NCBI GenBank assembly: GCA_965249485.1
Contig: OZ252239.1
Span: 3,200,001 to 3,264,000, forward strand
Direction: 5' to 3'
DNA length: 64,000 bases
Source: a bacterium
GTDB lineage: Bacteria; SM23-31
Shown: in pieces, positions 11,408 through 22,009 of the stretch
Position numbering within the stretch: position 1 is the first letter of the stretch
How the letters are laid out: each line of letters starts with the position of its first letter
Position numbers and translations under genes: made by a program
The notes under the pieces: model-generated
What the model saw: only the letters and a program-made list of their open reading frames with translations
Told to the model about the DNA's origin: nothing
Database searches by the model: none

Positions 11408-12352
11408 TTAATTTGAAAATATGGCAGATCCCTTCTCCCGGCGTAAGGTCGGTGAGGTGGCAACACCAATAATAATGCCTCTGAATGGCGCCCTTACCGA
11501 CTCAATTTCAACACCAAAAGGATTCGTATTGATGGCAATTTCCGCATTTTTCTGTACAAGACGTCCCGGTTTAGCACTAATCGACAAAATCCCACCACTA
11601 TCAACACGGACCCATGTTGATTCCTGGATTTCAAATTGCACAGGAGCTTTTTCGTGCTCACCTGGTATCATTTCGAGTACTTTCAATACATTCAGGACCC
11701 CATTGAGTCCCCGTTCGCTAATTTTTTTTTCAAATTTGCGTGTTTCACCCGCCTCAAATATAATTGTCGGAATACCGTTTTCTGTTGCTGCTCGCCGGAG
11801 GGTCCCATCATATCCTTTATTATTCAGGATTACAGTTGTCCCAAATGCTCGGGCAATTCGGGAAATTTCCGGGTGAGTCATATCAGCCCTGACATGAGAT
11901 AAATTTCTTCGTCCTTCGGATGCTGTATGAAGATCGATAACATAATCACTCTTTAAAACCAGTTCATTATAGATAATCGATGCATACCTTTCCGATGAAC
12001 CACTTGCGGGATCACCTGGAAAGAATCTGTTCAGATCTTTTTCTTCATGGAGGTAGCGGGATGTATTTTGAAATCCGTATATATTAACAACCGGGACACA
12101 TATCAACGTTCCGGCAAGTTCTGTCATGTCAAAATTGTATATAAGTTGTCGGACTATCTCAATACCGTTTAGTTCGTCGCCATGAATCGCAGCTGTTATT
12201 AAAACGACCGGTCCCGGTTTTTTCCCATGTAGGACGGTTATCGGAATATAGGTCGGACGTGAAACAAATGAAGTGCTCACCTGAAGTCTAAGCTGTTTTC
12301 GTTCACCCCGGTCTATTGTTGTACCTGCTAATTCAAATATTCCGTTCAACAT
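11408..12352 (-). CDS. Succinylglutamate desuccinylase/aspartoacylase (M14) family, C-terminus probably frameshifted
   Basis: HGDELNG, DLNRFFPG, DLHT and EAGE motifs. The expected PG..ICHI tail appears in another frame near 11445-11410. Confidence 0.85.
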   Translation of the reverse strand: MLNGIFELAGTTIDRGERKQLRLQVSTSFVSRPTYIPITVLHGKKPGPVVLITAAIHGDELNGIEIVRQLIYNFDMTELAGTLICVPVVNIYGFQNTSRYLHEEKDLNRFFPGDPASGSSERYASIIYNELVLKSDYVIDLHTASEGRRNLSHVRADMTHPEISRIARAFGTTVILNNKGYDGTLRRAATENGIPTIIFEAGETRKFEKKISERGLNGVLNVLKVLEMIPGEHEKAPVQFEIQESTWVRVDSGGILSISAKPGRLVQKNAEIAINTNPFGVEIESVRAPFRGIIIGVATSPTLRREKGSAIFSN

Positions 12353-12366
12353 TACAGCAAACCCTC

Positions 12367-13254
12367 TTAAGATTTCCTCTTACGAGCACATTGAAGAGCA
12401 TAATCTACAATACATTTAGCTACATTAATTCCTGTCACTTTTTCCACTCCCTCGATTCCGGGTGATACATTGACTTCAAGAATTTTCATGCCGTCCACTG
12501 ATTCAATCATATCGATTCCAGCAACACCGAGGTTAAGAACTTGTGCGGTATGTATAGCCAATTTCTGCTGATTTTTGGATAACTCGAACGGTTCACCAAC
12601 ACTACCCTGATGCATATTTGATCGGAACTCACCGGCTACCGCTATCCTTTTATAACTGGCAACCAACTTTCCGTCAACAACAATTGCACGGATATCAACT
12701 CCTCTCGATTCAATGATATATTGTTGAATGAGGATGTTTCTACCAATTTTCCAAAGGGCTTCAACGGTTGATTGTGCTGCTTGTTTTGAGTCGAGGATTA
12801 TGACTCCAAGTCCTTGGGTTCCTCGCAACAACTTTGCAATTACGGGAACACCGCCGACTCGATCAATTGCTAGGTTGATGATTTTTGGATCACGCACCAT
12901 TACTGTACGGGGTACGGGAATACCTGACTGAGCAAGGACTTGCAGGGTGTAGAACTTATCCCGGGCACATTCAATTCCTTGAGGATCGGATACGGAGGGA
13001 ACTCCTTGATGGATGATCTGCCGGAGTACAGCCAAACCAAATTGGGTAATCGAACCACCTATGCGGGGAATAACAACATCAACATGCGGAAACTTCTTTT
13101 TATTGTAATAGAGATATTGCTTTTCTATTCAAAGAACTATTTCGCATTTCAGCGGATTAAACACCACAGATTCGACACCAGCGGCTTTACTCTCTTCAAC
13201 AAGACGTTTTGTAGAGTATAAAAATCGTTTCCGTGATAAAAGTGCAATTCGCAT
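12367..13254 (-). pseudogene. rimK: RimK family ATP-grasp alpha-L-glutamate ligase with in-frame stop
   Basis: ATG 13254 gives MRIALLSR..YSTKRL. TGA at 13129-13131 (codon 42) is followed in frame by VIPRIG, GTQG.GV, EFRSN.H.G and LEVN.SPG.EG.E. Confidence 0.85.
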
Positions 13255-13449
13255 TATTCAATGCACCTTATGTGGAGTTCTTCTGGAGAAATGCGCATCT
13301 GCCGCTGTCTCATTGAATATAATTTATCTTAACGAATTCAATCGCAATTTTGCCATTTATTTGTTAAGTGTACTAAAGAAAATAATAGAAAACAAGTATT
13401 GAAATTGACGTTCGATTTTAATATTTTATAGCAAAAACAGGGATGTACT

Positions 13450-13713
13450 ATGAAAGACGAACAGCTTCTTGAAGAACTTGAAAAAGTTGCCACGCGATTC
13501 GATATTACGGTGCGCTATGAAGATGGAGATTTTAAAGGCGGTTTGTGCCGCTTAAAAGATGAAAGTATCATTATTATCAACAAAAAATTCCTTGTCGAGC
13601 AAAAATTAACTTTCCTTGCCCGAGAACTAAGTACACTTGAGCTGGATAAAGTCTATATCCTCCCTAAAATCCGCGAATACATTTTCGAATACGCTTCGGA
13701 AAAAATAGATTAA
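13450..13713 (+). CDS. Conserved-looking small hypothetical protein
   Basis: 87-aa ORF with upstream GGA; VRYE.G.FKGG.C motif; LARELS may be a degenerate IrrE/ImmA-type HE motif. Confidence 0.7.
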   Translation: MKDEQLLEELEKVATRFDITVRYEDGDFKGGLCRLKDESIIIINKKFLVEQKLTFLARELSTLELDKVYILPKIREYIFEYASEKID

Positions 13714-13819
13714 CCTTGCATTATTAAATTATCCCATTTTCCACATCTGACTTTTTAGCAAATGCAGGATTTGTGTTTTTGTCATTTTCTCAATATTTAA
13801 TAAAAATTTCCAAAATCAC

Positions 13820-13846
13820 TCAAGTATTCCTAAAATTAACCGATAT
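13820..13846 (+). promoter_or_regulatory. Putative sigma28 (FliA) promoter
   Basis: TCAA-N15-ACCGATAT versus consensus TAAA-N15-GCCGATAA. Confidence 0.45.
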
Positions 13847-14030
13847 ATAGAATGGGATAAATCCCCATTGGAAATGCACCTGAATTCTGTTAAGAGGTAA
13901 AACGCTTAACGATAAATAAGACGATAACCGGATTTTTGATGAGTAAACAGTCGCGCGGGCTGCGAACTCAAATTCAAAATTCCGTGTTACATACGGAGGG
14001 AACACCAATAGCCAAAAAAACACCTCCAAA

Positions 14031-14060
14031 GGCAGCCCCCAATCAGGGGCTGCCTTGTTT
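14031..14060 (+). terminator. Intrinsic terminator-like hairpin
   Basis: GGCAGCCCC-caatca-GGGGCTGCC followed by TTGTTT. Confidence 0.7.
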
Positions 14061-14316
14061 GTCTAAGTACTCATTCTATTCTATTATTATGGCGACTCAT
14101 TTTCCAAAAAATTAGCACTATAATTGTTTCAAACAAGAAGTGTTTTTATCGTATTCTAAGCATTAAGCCTGTTAGAAATTAATTCAGATTAAATATAACC
14201 AATTTTTTAATTGTATTTAATTTGAAAGACTGATATACTATATCTTCGACTCCGCTATAATGCGACATTAAATCTGCATACGATCTTAGAAGCAACTATT
14301 ACGGAGATTTGGAGGT

Positions 14317-15116
14317 ATGTTGAGTGCGATTATACCTGCTGCTGGCAAGGGTACACGAATGACCAGTATTACTCGCGGCAGACCGAAAGAACTACTGCCA
14401 GTGAATGGAAAACCGCTTATTCTGCATACAGTACAGGAAGCGATTGATGCCGGTGTGCGGTCATTGTATATAGTAATCAGCAGAAAGAAACCGGAAATTT
14501 TTGAATACCTCAATAAAAAAGCGGTCGTTTCAGTGAATGGTCAAAAAACGGAATTCTGCAGACTCAAGGAGCGTGACGTTCATTACACTTTTCTTGAGCA
14601 AAAAGATCAGCTCGGACTTGCACATGCATATTCTTTAGCAGAACCACATATAGGATCTGGCGATTTCCTTGCGATGATGCCCGATTACTACTATCCTGAT
14701 AAACCATCGCCGTCCTTACAGCTTGTTAATAATTATCATAAAGGTCGAAGTTGTTTAGGTATTATCACATTGAAATCTGAACAAGCGCATTTGTTTAACT
14801 ATTCCGGAATTGTCACTTTCGAAGAAACCGCAGAAAAAATGGTAGAAATAATTTCAGTATCTGAAAAAAAAAAGGTAACTTCCCGAAGAATTTTCGAGAT
14901 CAAGTGTATAGATCCGCTGGTATAGCACTCTTTTCGCACGATTTTTTCGAAATCTATCACAATATATCTTACGCAACAGGAGCGGAAAAAGACGATTACC
15001 CCGTTGTACAGACTTTGATAAAGAATGAAATGCTGGAAGGATATTTTATAAATGGACGGTGTTTCGATACCGGAAATCCATACGGTTATGATGCAGCATG
15101 TTCATTGTATCAATAA
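14317..15116 (+). pseudogene. Sugar-phosphate nucleotidyltransferase (GalU-like), frameshifted in an A10 run
   Basis: PAAGKGTRM..PKELLP and GLAHA motifs. A10 at 14864-14873 shifts the frame; the downstream frame carries FDTGNPYGY. Confidence 0.8.
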
Positions 15117-15158
15117 TACAATAAAAAGATTATTACAAATAGTTTGAAAGGACTTCTT

Positions 15159-15398
15159 ATGCCTTTGAATATTCAAATACGAGACCTCGCCACCGGAAAT
15201 CCGGTTAAACCGGACTTTCAACCCCGATTTGCCAAGGATAAAGCAATCAATGTCCGACGGCGCGCATCTGTCAAAAGTTTTCGGGATTTGTCTCAGGTAA
15301 ACAAAGATATAGCAAGGGGAACACCGCGTGATATCGGTTTCAGTGCTACAAAAGTAGCACGGCAGTTCCAAGCTGGTAAAATTGATATTTTAGCGTAA
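15159..15398 (+). CDS. Hypothetical basic protein
   Basis: AAGGA RBS before the ATG; C-terminal G.KIDI.A resembles tails of small motility-associated proteins (weak). Confidence 0.55.
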   Translation: MPLNIQIRDLATGNPVKPDFQPRFAKDKAINVRRRASVKSFRDLSQVNKDIARGTPRDIGFSATKVARQFQAGKIDILA

Positions 15399-15610
15399 AG
15401 AGTTATACTCACTTATATTCACAAAACTCTTTTGCTCACTATTGGTTTTAATACCTGTCACATTAGATATATATTCTTTACCTTCCTAATCGCTTCTTAT
15501 TAATTTATACAAATCTTCCATTTGCAAGAAACTCAACTGGCAACTTTTTAGTTACATAAATAACTTCTCTTACACATAAATGCACCTTTACATCTCAGGA
15601 TAATTTAAAT

Positions 15611-17752
15611 ATGACAAATGAATTGAACAACATAGAATTGAGAAATAATCTTGACAAAGCCTCCAGCGCATATTTGAAAAGTGCGCAGCACCAGCCGATA
15701 CAATGGCAAGAATGGGGAAGTCAGGCATTTGATTTAGCTAAAGAACTTGATAGGCCGATTCTCCTCGATATAGGCGCCGTTTGGTGCCACTGGTGTCATG
15801 TCATGGACCGGGAATCGTATGAAGATAGTACTACAGCGTCAATCATAAACGAGCATTTTATTGCAATTAAAATTGATAGAGATGAACGGCCTGATGTAGA
15901 CCGTCGGTATCAGACTTTTGTCCAGGCATTGAGTGGAGGCGGTGGTTGGCCGCTTACATGTTTTTTAACTCCCGAAGGAAAACTCTTTTACGGCGGCACC
16001 TATTTTCCACCCGACAATAAATTTGGCAAACCTGCTTTCAAGACTGTCTTGTTAAACATGAGCGCCTCATACAAGGAAAAAAAGGGTGAAGTTCTCAAAA
16101 GTGCCTCAAGTATTTTTGAGCAGATTTCGGAGTATGAAGAGAATAAGATCAAACCAGGTGAACTTAACAAAAACAGTATCACCAAAATTCTCGTAGATAT
16201 TATCAATATGTTTGATCCGGCCTATGGCGGGTTTGGTAAGGTACCGAAATTCCCAAGTGGTAGTGCGGTTGCCCTGTCACTCCTGGCATACAAAGCAAAC
16301 GGAAATTCACAATATCTCGATATTGCAAAGATCACCCTTGATAAGTGTGCTTCAGGTGGTATTCACGATCATCTCGCAGGTGGATTTCACCGCTATTCTG
16401 TCGATCAAAACTGGCATGTCCCTCACTTTGAAAAAATGACGTATGATAATGCGGAGTTTTTAAGTAATTACATCGAACTCTACCACGTTACAGATGACAT
16501 TCGATATAAAAATATCGCCGAAGGAATAATCAGATACTATACAGACGAAATGACAGATCAGCAAATTGGCGGATTCTTTGCGCATCAGGACGCGGATATA
16601 ACACTCGAAGATGACGGAGATTATTTTACCTGGACAAAAAACGAGATTTCGGATCATCTAAATAAAGAACAGGAAAAAGTTTTTAACGCATACTTTGGCA
16701 TTTCCGAATTGCCGCACGATCTGCATGGAACACCAGACAGAAATGTCCTCTATTCGGTTAAGTCACTGTCTATTGTAGCTGAAGAACTGAATGTCTCAAT
16801 CGAACAAGCTGAAACAGTGCTCGACGCTGCAAAATCAAAACTGTTAAAAATTCGCTCAACACGTCAGGCTCCTTATATCGACAAAACGATTTTTACCAAC
16901 TATAACGGGATGATGATCTCGGCATATATGAAAGCGTACAAAATTCTCAAGGACAAAAATCTCAAACTATTTACAATAAAGACATTCGATTTCCTCATTG
17001 ATAAGCTTTTCACCCCTGATCATGGATTTGCACACTCGTGTACAGGAAATACAGTAAAAATCACCGGACTCCTCGGAGATCAGGTTTGGATGGCAATCGC
17101 GCTTTTAGACGGATTTGAAATCACTAGTGATTTTCGATACTTTAACTATGCTGTTACAATGGCAGATTTCATTCTTGACAATTTCTATGATAACGAAAAT
17201 GGCGGATTTTTTGATAGGATTAGTGGCGACAATCCATCTCCCGTCATGGAAATCAATCATAAACCGTTTGAAGATACCCCGACAGCCTCCTCTAATTCGA
17301 TTGCCATTCGATTTTTGGACCGGATGTATTTACTGACCGGAGAAGAACGGTACCGATCGGCATCAGAAAAGACACTTCAGACATTTTCAGGCAGTATCGA
17401 GCGTAACGGCCTTTACCTTGCTTCGTATGGAACAGCGCTCTATTATCATCTCAATCCTCCACCACAGGTGATAATAATCGATTCAGACACATCAGAGCAA
17501 ACAGAAAAACTCATCTCAGCAGGGTATTCTTCTGCCCAACCCGGGGTATCAGTTTATGTCTTCAATGACCACAATGAGACCAATCAAAAGCTTCCTCCAT
17601 TGATAAAATCAAAAATTGCTGGAACAAACAACAGTAGAAATGCTGTTGCTTATGTGTGTGCTGGCACAGAATGCTCGCCACCTACCGGTGACCCAGTGGA
17701 ACTTGTAGAAATACTCCGGACTTTTGGTAAACAGGATGTAGGTTTGGAATGA
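15611..17752 (+). CDS. Thioredoxin-domain protein YyaL/SSP411 (DUF255) family
   Basis: WCHWCHVM..ES, DRDERPD, GGWPL and PHFEKM.YDNA motifs. Confidence 0.93.
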   Translation: MTNELNNIELRNNLDKASSAYLKSAQHQPIQWQEWGSQAFDLAKELDRPILLDIGAVWCHWCHVMDRESYEDSTTASIINEHFIAIKIDRDERPDVDRRYQTFVQALSGGGGWPLTCFLTPEGKLFYGGTYFPPDNKFGKPAFKTVLLNMSASYKEKKGEVLKSASSIFEQISEYEENKIKPGELNKNSITKILVDIINMFDPAYGGFGKVPKFPSGSAVALSLLAYKANGNSQYLDIAKITLDKCASGGIHDHLAGGFHRYSVDQNWHVPHFEKMTYDNAEFLSNYIELYHVTDDIRYKNIAEGIIRYYTDEMTDQQIGGFFAHQDADITLEDDGDYFTWTKNEISDHLNKEQEKVFNAYFGISELPHDLHGTPDRNVLYSVKSLSIVAEELNVSIEQAETVLDAAKSKLLKIRSTRQAPYIDKTIFTNYNGMMISAYMKAYKILKDKNLKLFTIKTFDFLIDKLFTPDHGFAHSCTGNTVKITGLLGDQVWMAIALLDGFEITSDFRYFNYAVTMADFILDNFYDNENGGFFDRISGDNPSPVMEINHKPFEDTPTASSNSIAIRFLDRMYLLTGEERYRSASEKTLQTFSGSIERNGLYLASYGTALYYHLNPPPQVIIIDSDTSEQTEKLISAGYSSAQPGVSVYVFNDHNETNQKLPPLIKSKIAGTNNSRNAVAYVCAGTECSPPTGDPVELVEILRTFGKQDVGLE

Positions 17753-17809
17753 TGACCAGATTATATACCGGATATCAGTGTTACGCAGTTCTTAACGAAA
17801 GGTTTTTCA

Positions 17810-18739
17810 ATGAGATGGAAGCTGTTATTGTCAAGTATGCTTCTTTTCATAACTCCATCATTTGTTTCTGCACAGTGCAGCTGCGGTGGCACACCTCTCC
17901 TCGGTTCACTTGAACTTCCGGCGACACTGCCGGGAAATTGGCAGTTCGCACTAACCTATGATTTCAATAACATTGCTGATTTTTATTCAGGAACAAACGA
18001 ATTAAGCAGTACTCTGAAACGGAAAACCCACGCAGGATTATTCGAGGTCAGTTACGGATTAACATCACGGCTTTCTTTGTCGACACTTGTTTCAATTGTT
18101 CAGCAAAACAGACATTCGGCAAATTCCGTGCGGACAAGGGGTTTGGGAGACATCGCTATGCTGGCAAAGTATAGTATAATTCCTCTAAACGCACAAACAC
18201 AACGTTCTCTTGCATTAGGGATTGGTCCAAAAATCCCTGTCGGAGACTCAAAGGTTAAAACCAGTGAAGGCATACTACTTCCTGAAAGCCTGCAGCCGGG
18301 AACCGGTTCCTGGGATTTGCTTTTCTGGAGTTACTTCTATCAGGGATTTCAGCCCGTTACTGCCGCGAGATTCTTCGCAACAACTTCCTACAAAATAAGC
18401 AGTAAAAACTGGCGAAATTTCAGATATGGTGACGAACTGTCAATCACACTCGGTACCAGTTACGGAACATCAACACCATTCGATTATTCACTCCTGCTCC
18501 AGTTTAGAACAATTGAAGAATATGAATTAAATGGAGCACTCCAGCCTAACACCGGCGCATTATGGCGCGATCTCGTTCCTGGTATCCACTTTAAACTGAC
18601 AAACTCCTTGGGTTTGAGGGCATCCGGTGCAATTCCGGTTTACCGTGATTTGCAAGGATCACAGCTCACAACGTCATATACCGCATCAGTTACCCTCTTT
18701 TACGCTATTACAAAACAACCGAAACTGCAAATTTTTTAA
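17810..18739 (+). CDS. Outer-membrane beta-barrel/transporter-like protein
   Basis: Signal peptide then QCSC; GLGD, P.G and QPGTGSWD motifs. Confidence 0.7.
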   Translation: MRWKLLLSSMLLFITPSFVSAQCSCGGTPLLGSLELPATLPGNWQFALTYDFNNIADFYSGTNELSSTLKRKTHAGLFEVSYGLTSRLSLSTLVSIVQQNRHSANSVRTRGLGDIAMLAKYSIIPLNAQTQRSLALGIGPKIPVGDSKVKTSEGILLPESLQPGTGSWDLLFWSYFYQGFQPVTAARFFATTSYKISSKNWRNFRYGDELSITLGTSYGTSTPFDYSLLLQFRTIEEYELNGALQPNTGALWRDLVPGIHFKLTNSLGLRASGAIPVYRDLQGSQLTTSYTASVTLFYAITKQPKLQIF

Positions 18740-18751
18740 GAAAGCAATATT

Positions 18752-19831
18752 ATGAAACATTACTTTTTCCTTTATGTTTTAGCAATGCTGTCTACCATTT
18801 TATTCTCCTGCTCCAGTAATTCCTTTAATAGTGTAAACACTCCCAGTCCAGGTGATTCGGCACAATGGCTTGTACCGGTGAGTGATGTTTTTGACGGAGG
18901 TCCCGGCAAAGACGGCATACCCTCTCTCGAGAATCCGACAATGATTTCTGCAGGATCAGCGACGTATTTATCGGATGGTGATCTTGTTGCGGGTGTTCTT
19001 ATTAATGGTGATGCTCAGGCATTTCCACATATGATTATGGAACATCATGAAATTGCTAATGTTGAGATCGGAGGTAGTCATGTTAGTGTATCATTTTGCC
19101 CTCTTACCTACTCGTCCATTGGGTGGGACAGAACACTCGAAGGATCTCTTACAACATTCGGCGTATCCGGTCTTCTTTACAAAAACAACCTTGTCCACTA
19201 TGACCGTTTAACCGACAGTAACTGGTCTCAGATGCTCAATAAGAGTATCAACGGTTCATTTATAACAGAAGAACTCGAAACATTTAAGGTAGTTGAAACA
19301 ACATGGGGAACATGGAAAAGGATGTACCCCGAAACTCTTGTACTTTCTAGAAATACAGGCCATAACCGGAATTACGGTCCAGCACTCTATGGTGATTATA
19401 GTGTCAATAACAGTAACATCCTGTTTCCTATCAGAAATGATGATGGGAGAATCGAAAAAAAAGAGCGTCTGCATGGTATTATCGTAAATGACCAAGTTAA
19501 AGCATTCCGATTTTCCTCCTTCACTGAAGGAATCACAACATTCAATGACACTTACCGTGGTCAGGATCTGGTAATTACAGGAAGCGCCGTGGATGATTTT
19601 ATAGTGTCGTACAGGCGAGACATGCCTGATGGAACTGTTCTCAGGTTTCAGCCGGTCCAGAATGCACTTCCCATAATCATGACCGATGGAGAAGGAACAT
19701 CATGGGATATTTTCGGCAACGGTATTTCGGGACCGCGTGAGGGCGAACACCTTACGAAAGCAAATTCCTACATTGCATTCTGGTTTGCATGGGGTGATTT
19801 TTATCCCGCACCTGAATTATTTGAATTCTAA
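18752..19831 (+). CDS. DUF3179 family lipoprotein (Cys form)
   Basis: GGPGKDGIPS, HEIAN, CPLT, FGVSGLLY.NN and FWFAW..F.P motifs. Confidence 0.88.
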   Translation: MKHYFFLYVLAMLSTILFSCSSNSFNSVNTPSPGDSAQWLVPVSDVFDGGPGKDGIPSLENPTMISAGSATYLSDGDLVAGVLINGDAQAFPHMIMEHHEIANVEIGGSHVSVSFCPLTYSSIGWDRTLEGSLTTFGVSGLLYKNNLVHYDRLTDSNWSQMLNKSINGSFITEELETFKVVETTWGTWKRMYPETLVLSRNTGHNRNYGPALYGDYSVNNSNILFPIRNDDGRIEKKERLHGIIVNDQVKAFRFSSFTEGITTFNDTYRGQDLVITGSAVDDFIVSYRRDMPDGTVLRFQPVQNALPIIMTDGEGTSWDIFGNGISGPREGEHLTKANSYIAFWFAWGDFYPAPELFEF

Positions 19832-20099
19832 ATATCGGTCGTTGTTGTTGGAAGTAGAAGAGAATAATTTGTTATCTCTTGTGATAGAACTTTTGGAAGA
19901 TGGCTCGATACTTTACTTTGTTTCAGACACTGATGAGCTTCCAACAGTGATGAATAATAATGAAAGGACATTGCGGGATGTTTTGGGAAATGTGGTATCT
20001 GGCCCGAGTACAGGCGAAAAACTTATACTGACCAATTCGTTCCTTACCTACTGTTTTGCCCGGGAAACATTCTACTCCGATGTAGAAACATACAATTAG
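19832..20099 (+). pseudogene. Degenerate duplicate of the DUF3179 C-terminus
   Basis: DGSILYF...LPTVM...DVLGNVVSGP..GEKL...NSFLTYCFARETFY aligns with DGTVLRF...LPIIM...DIFGNGISGP..GEHL...NSYIAFWFAWGDFY of the upstream gene. Confidence 0.8.
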
Positions 20100-20180
20100 G
20101 AATATTTCAATCTTACTAATTGGATAGAAAAATCAATCTAATGACGCGGAAAATAAGATTATAACTATTTGCAGAGTGGA

Positions 20181-20633
20181 TTATAGTGCTTCAATTTTCT
20201 CTTCTAGAATCCCGACGATTACCGGACCTTTTTCTACAATCTTCTCAATTATACCGATTATTCCTGCTGCCATTGAATTGTAGAAAAGTGCAGTAATATC
20301 ATCCTCAAGCTTTTCGTGCGGCTGTATATTTTTCTCGATAAATTTCAGATGCGTTTCGTTTGCTGTTTCTACCATGTGCAATTCCTCATAGTATTCTCGT
20401 AACACCTGCATCAACTCTTTATCTGCAACTTTACAAAGCCGTTTATTGTAGTTTTTATAGATAATATCAAAATTAGTAAGCTGCTTGGAAAGTTTCAGTC
20501 TTTTGAGCTCTTTTTTTCTTGCAAAACGGTTCCGATTTTCCGCAACTATTCGTTTTGCGTACGACCAGCGACCGAACAGTATCCCGGCAGTAAGTCCGAT
20601 CACGATACCGGCAATTATGTATTGAATTATCAT
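20181..20633 (-). CDS. Hypothetical protein with N-terminal TM anchor
   Basis: 150-aa ORF, hydrophobic N-terminus. Confidence 0.65.
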   Translation of the reverse strand: MIIQYIIAGIVIGLTAGILFGRWSYAKRIVAENRNRFARKKELKRLKLSKQLTNFDIIYKNYNKRLCKVADKELMQVLREYYEELHMVETANETHLKFIEKNIQPHEKLEDDITALFYNSMAAGIIGIIEKIVEKGPVIVGILEEKIEAL

Positions 20634-20734
20634 AAAGATCAGATTGAGTTTTGGTAAAAGTTATTCAAATGAATGAATATTTATCTCAAGATGCAACATC
20701 TAATTTGCGTTGCTGAAGTGATTTCGCACTCTCA

Positions 20735-22009
20735 CTATCTACCAAACATCTCCACGAGATATAAACTTAAAGAAGGTATATAAGTAATAATAATGAGTGC
20801 AATCAGCATAATGACAATAAATGGTACAGCCGCCCGATAAAGCTTAATAACTGGTTTGTTGAACCGGAAACTGGCAATAAACAAATTTAGCCCGACTGGT
20901 GGCGTGGAATAACCAATTTCAAGATTAGTAAGAAAAATAATCCCGAGATGAACAGGATCTACTCCAAACTGTGTTGCAATTGGAAGAATGAGAGGAACGA
21001 TAACAAAAAGAGCGGAGAAAATATCCATTAGAAATCCGACAACAAGAAGAAATATATTTAATACTATAAGGAACATCACTTTGCTTGTTATATAATTCTG
21101 CATAAACGCGAGTATTTTCTGTGGTATTTCCTCATCAGTCATATATCCGGTCAGCCCAAGGGCAAGACCCATAATAACCAGAATACTTCCGACGAGTACC
21201 ATACTCTCTTTCATTATTTTTGGGACATCGCGAAAAATATGCAGATCTCTGTAAATGAACACTTCCACTACCAATACATAAAATGCGGTTATTGCAGCGG
21301 CCTCTGTTGCAGTTACATACCCACCGTATATACCAAGGATGATAATAAACGGGAGAGGAATCTCCCATGCTGCGTTCTTTGTTGCATTCCAAAGCCGAGA
21401 CCATGAAAATGGCTGCCGTTCTGTCTTTTTGTTTTTGTTTGCGTACATACTGTACAGCGAAAGTAAAAGAATCAATACAATACCAGGAATAATACCCGCA
21501 AGAAATAAATTATCGATACTTATGCCGGCAATCATTGCGTAGAGAATGATGGGGAGACTCGGTGGAAATAAGAGACCAAGGCTACCGGAAGTGGTTAGCA
21601 GTCCCAGTGAAAACCGTTCTTCATAGTGATCTTTTAGCATTACTGGATACAGCAATCCCCCAAGTGCAATAATGGTAACACCGGAGGCTCCGCTGAATGC
21701 GGTAAAAAATGCACAGGCACAGAGTGCTACGACAGCAAGTCCTCCGGGCATCCAGCCAAGCAGCGCTGATGTGATGTTAATAATCCTCTTTGGAGTGTTA
21801 CTCTCGGCAAGCATATAACCTGCAAAAGTAAACAGGGGTATCGCAAGCAGTGTTGGAAAGGTTGCAATCTTATACAACTCAATAAATAGACCGGCAGGCG
21901 GATATCCACTGGACACGTAAAATAAGAAGGTGAGTCCTCCGATAATAATAAATAGCGGTGTGCCAAACAATGCCAAAATGACCAATGCTATTCCGAGAAT
22001 GGCTATCAC
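20735..22009 (-). CDS. dctM: TRAP transporter large permease
   Basis: LAIPLF, GLLFPPS.P.I.Y and TPPVGLNLF motifs. Confidence 0.93.
   Translation of the reverse strand: MIAILGIALVILALFGTPLFIIIGGLTFLFYVSSGYPPAGLFIELYKIATFPTLLAIPLFTFAGYMLAESNTPKRIINITSALLGWMPGGLAVVALCACAFFTAFSGASGVTIIALGGLLYPVMLKDHYEERFSLGLLTTSGSLGLLFPPSLPIILYAMIAGISIDNLFLAGIIPGIVLILLLSLYSMYANKNKKTERQPFSWSRLWNATKNAAWEIPLPFIIILGIYGGYVTATEAAAITAFYVLVVEVFIYRDLHIFRDVPKIMKESMVLVGSILVIMGLALGLTGYMTDEEIPQKILAFMQNYITSKVMFLIVLNIFLLVVGFLMDIFSALFVIVPLILPIATQFGVDPVHLGIIFLTNLEIGYSTPPVGLNLFIASFRFNKPVIKLYRAAVPFIVIMLIALIIITYIPSLSLYLVEMFGR

Noticed and set aside
10840..13131. Genome-wide UGA reassignment or Sec explaining the rimK and M14 in-frame TGAs
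   Set aside because: Intact genes end in TGA (e.g. 5425, 17752), the positions are not Cys-like, no SECIS-like hairpin was evident, and the operon also has frameshifts.
13975..14005. c-di-AMP (ydaO) riboswitch suggested by TACGGAGG
   Set aside because: The other conserved ydaO elements were not found.
18752..19831. DUF3179 as a selenoprotein
   Set aside because: The frame is uninterrupted and uses Cys in CPLT.
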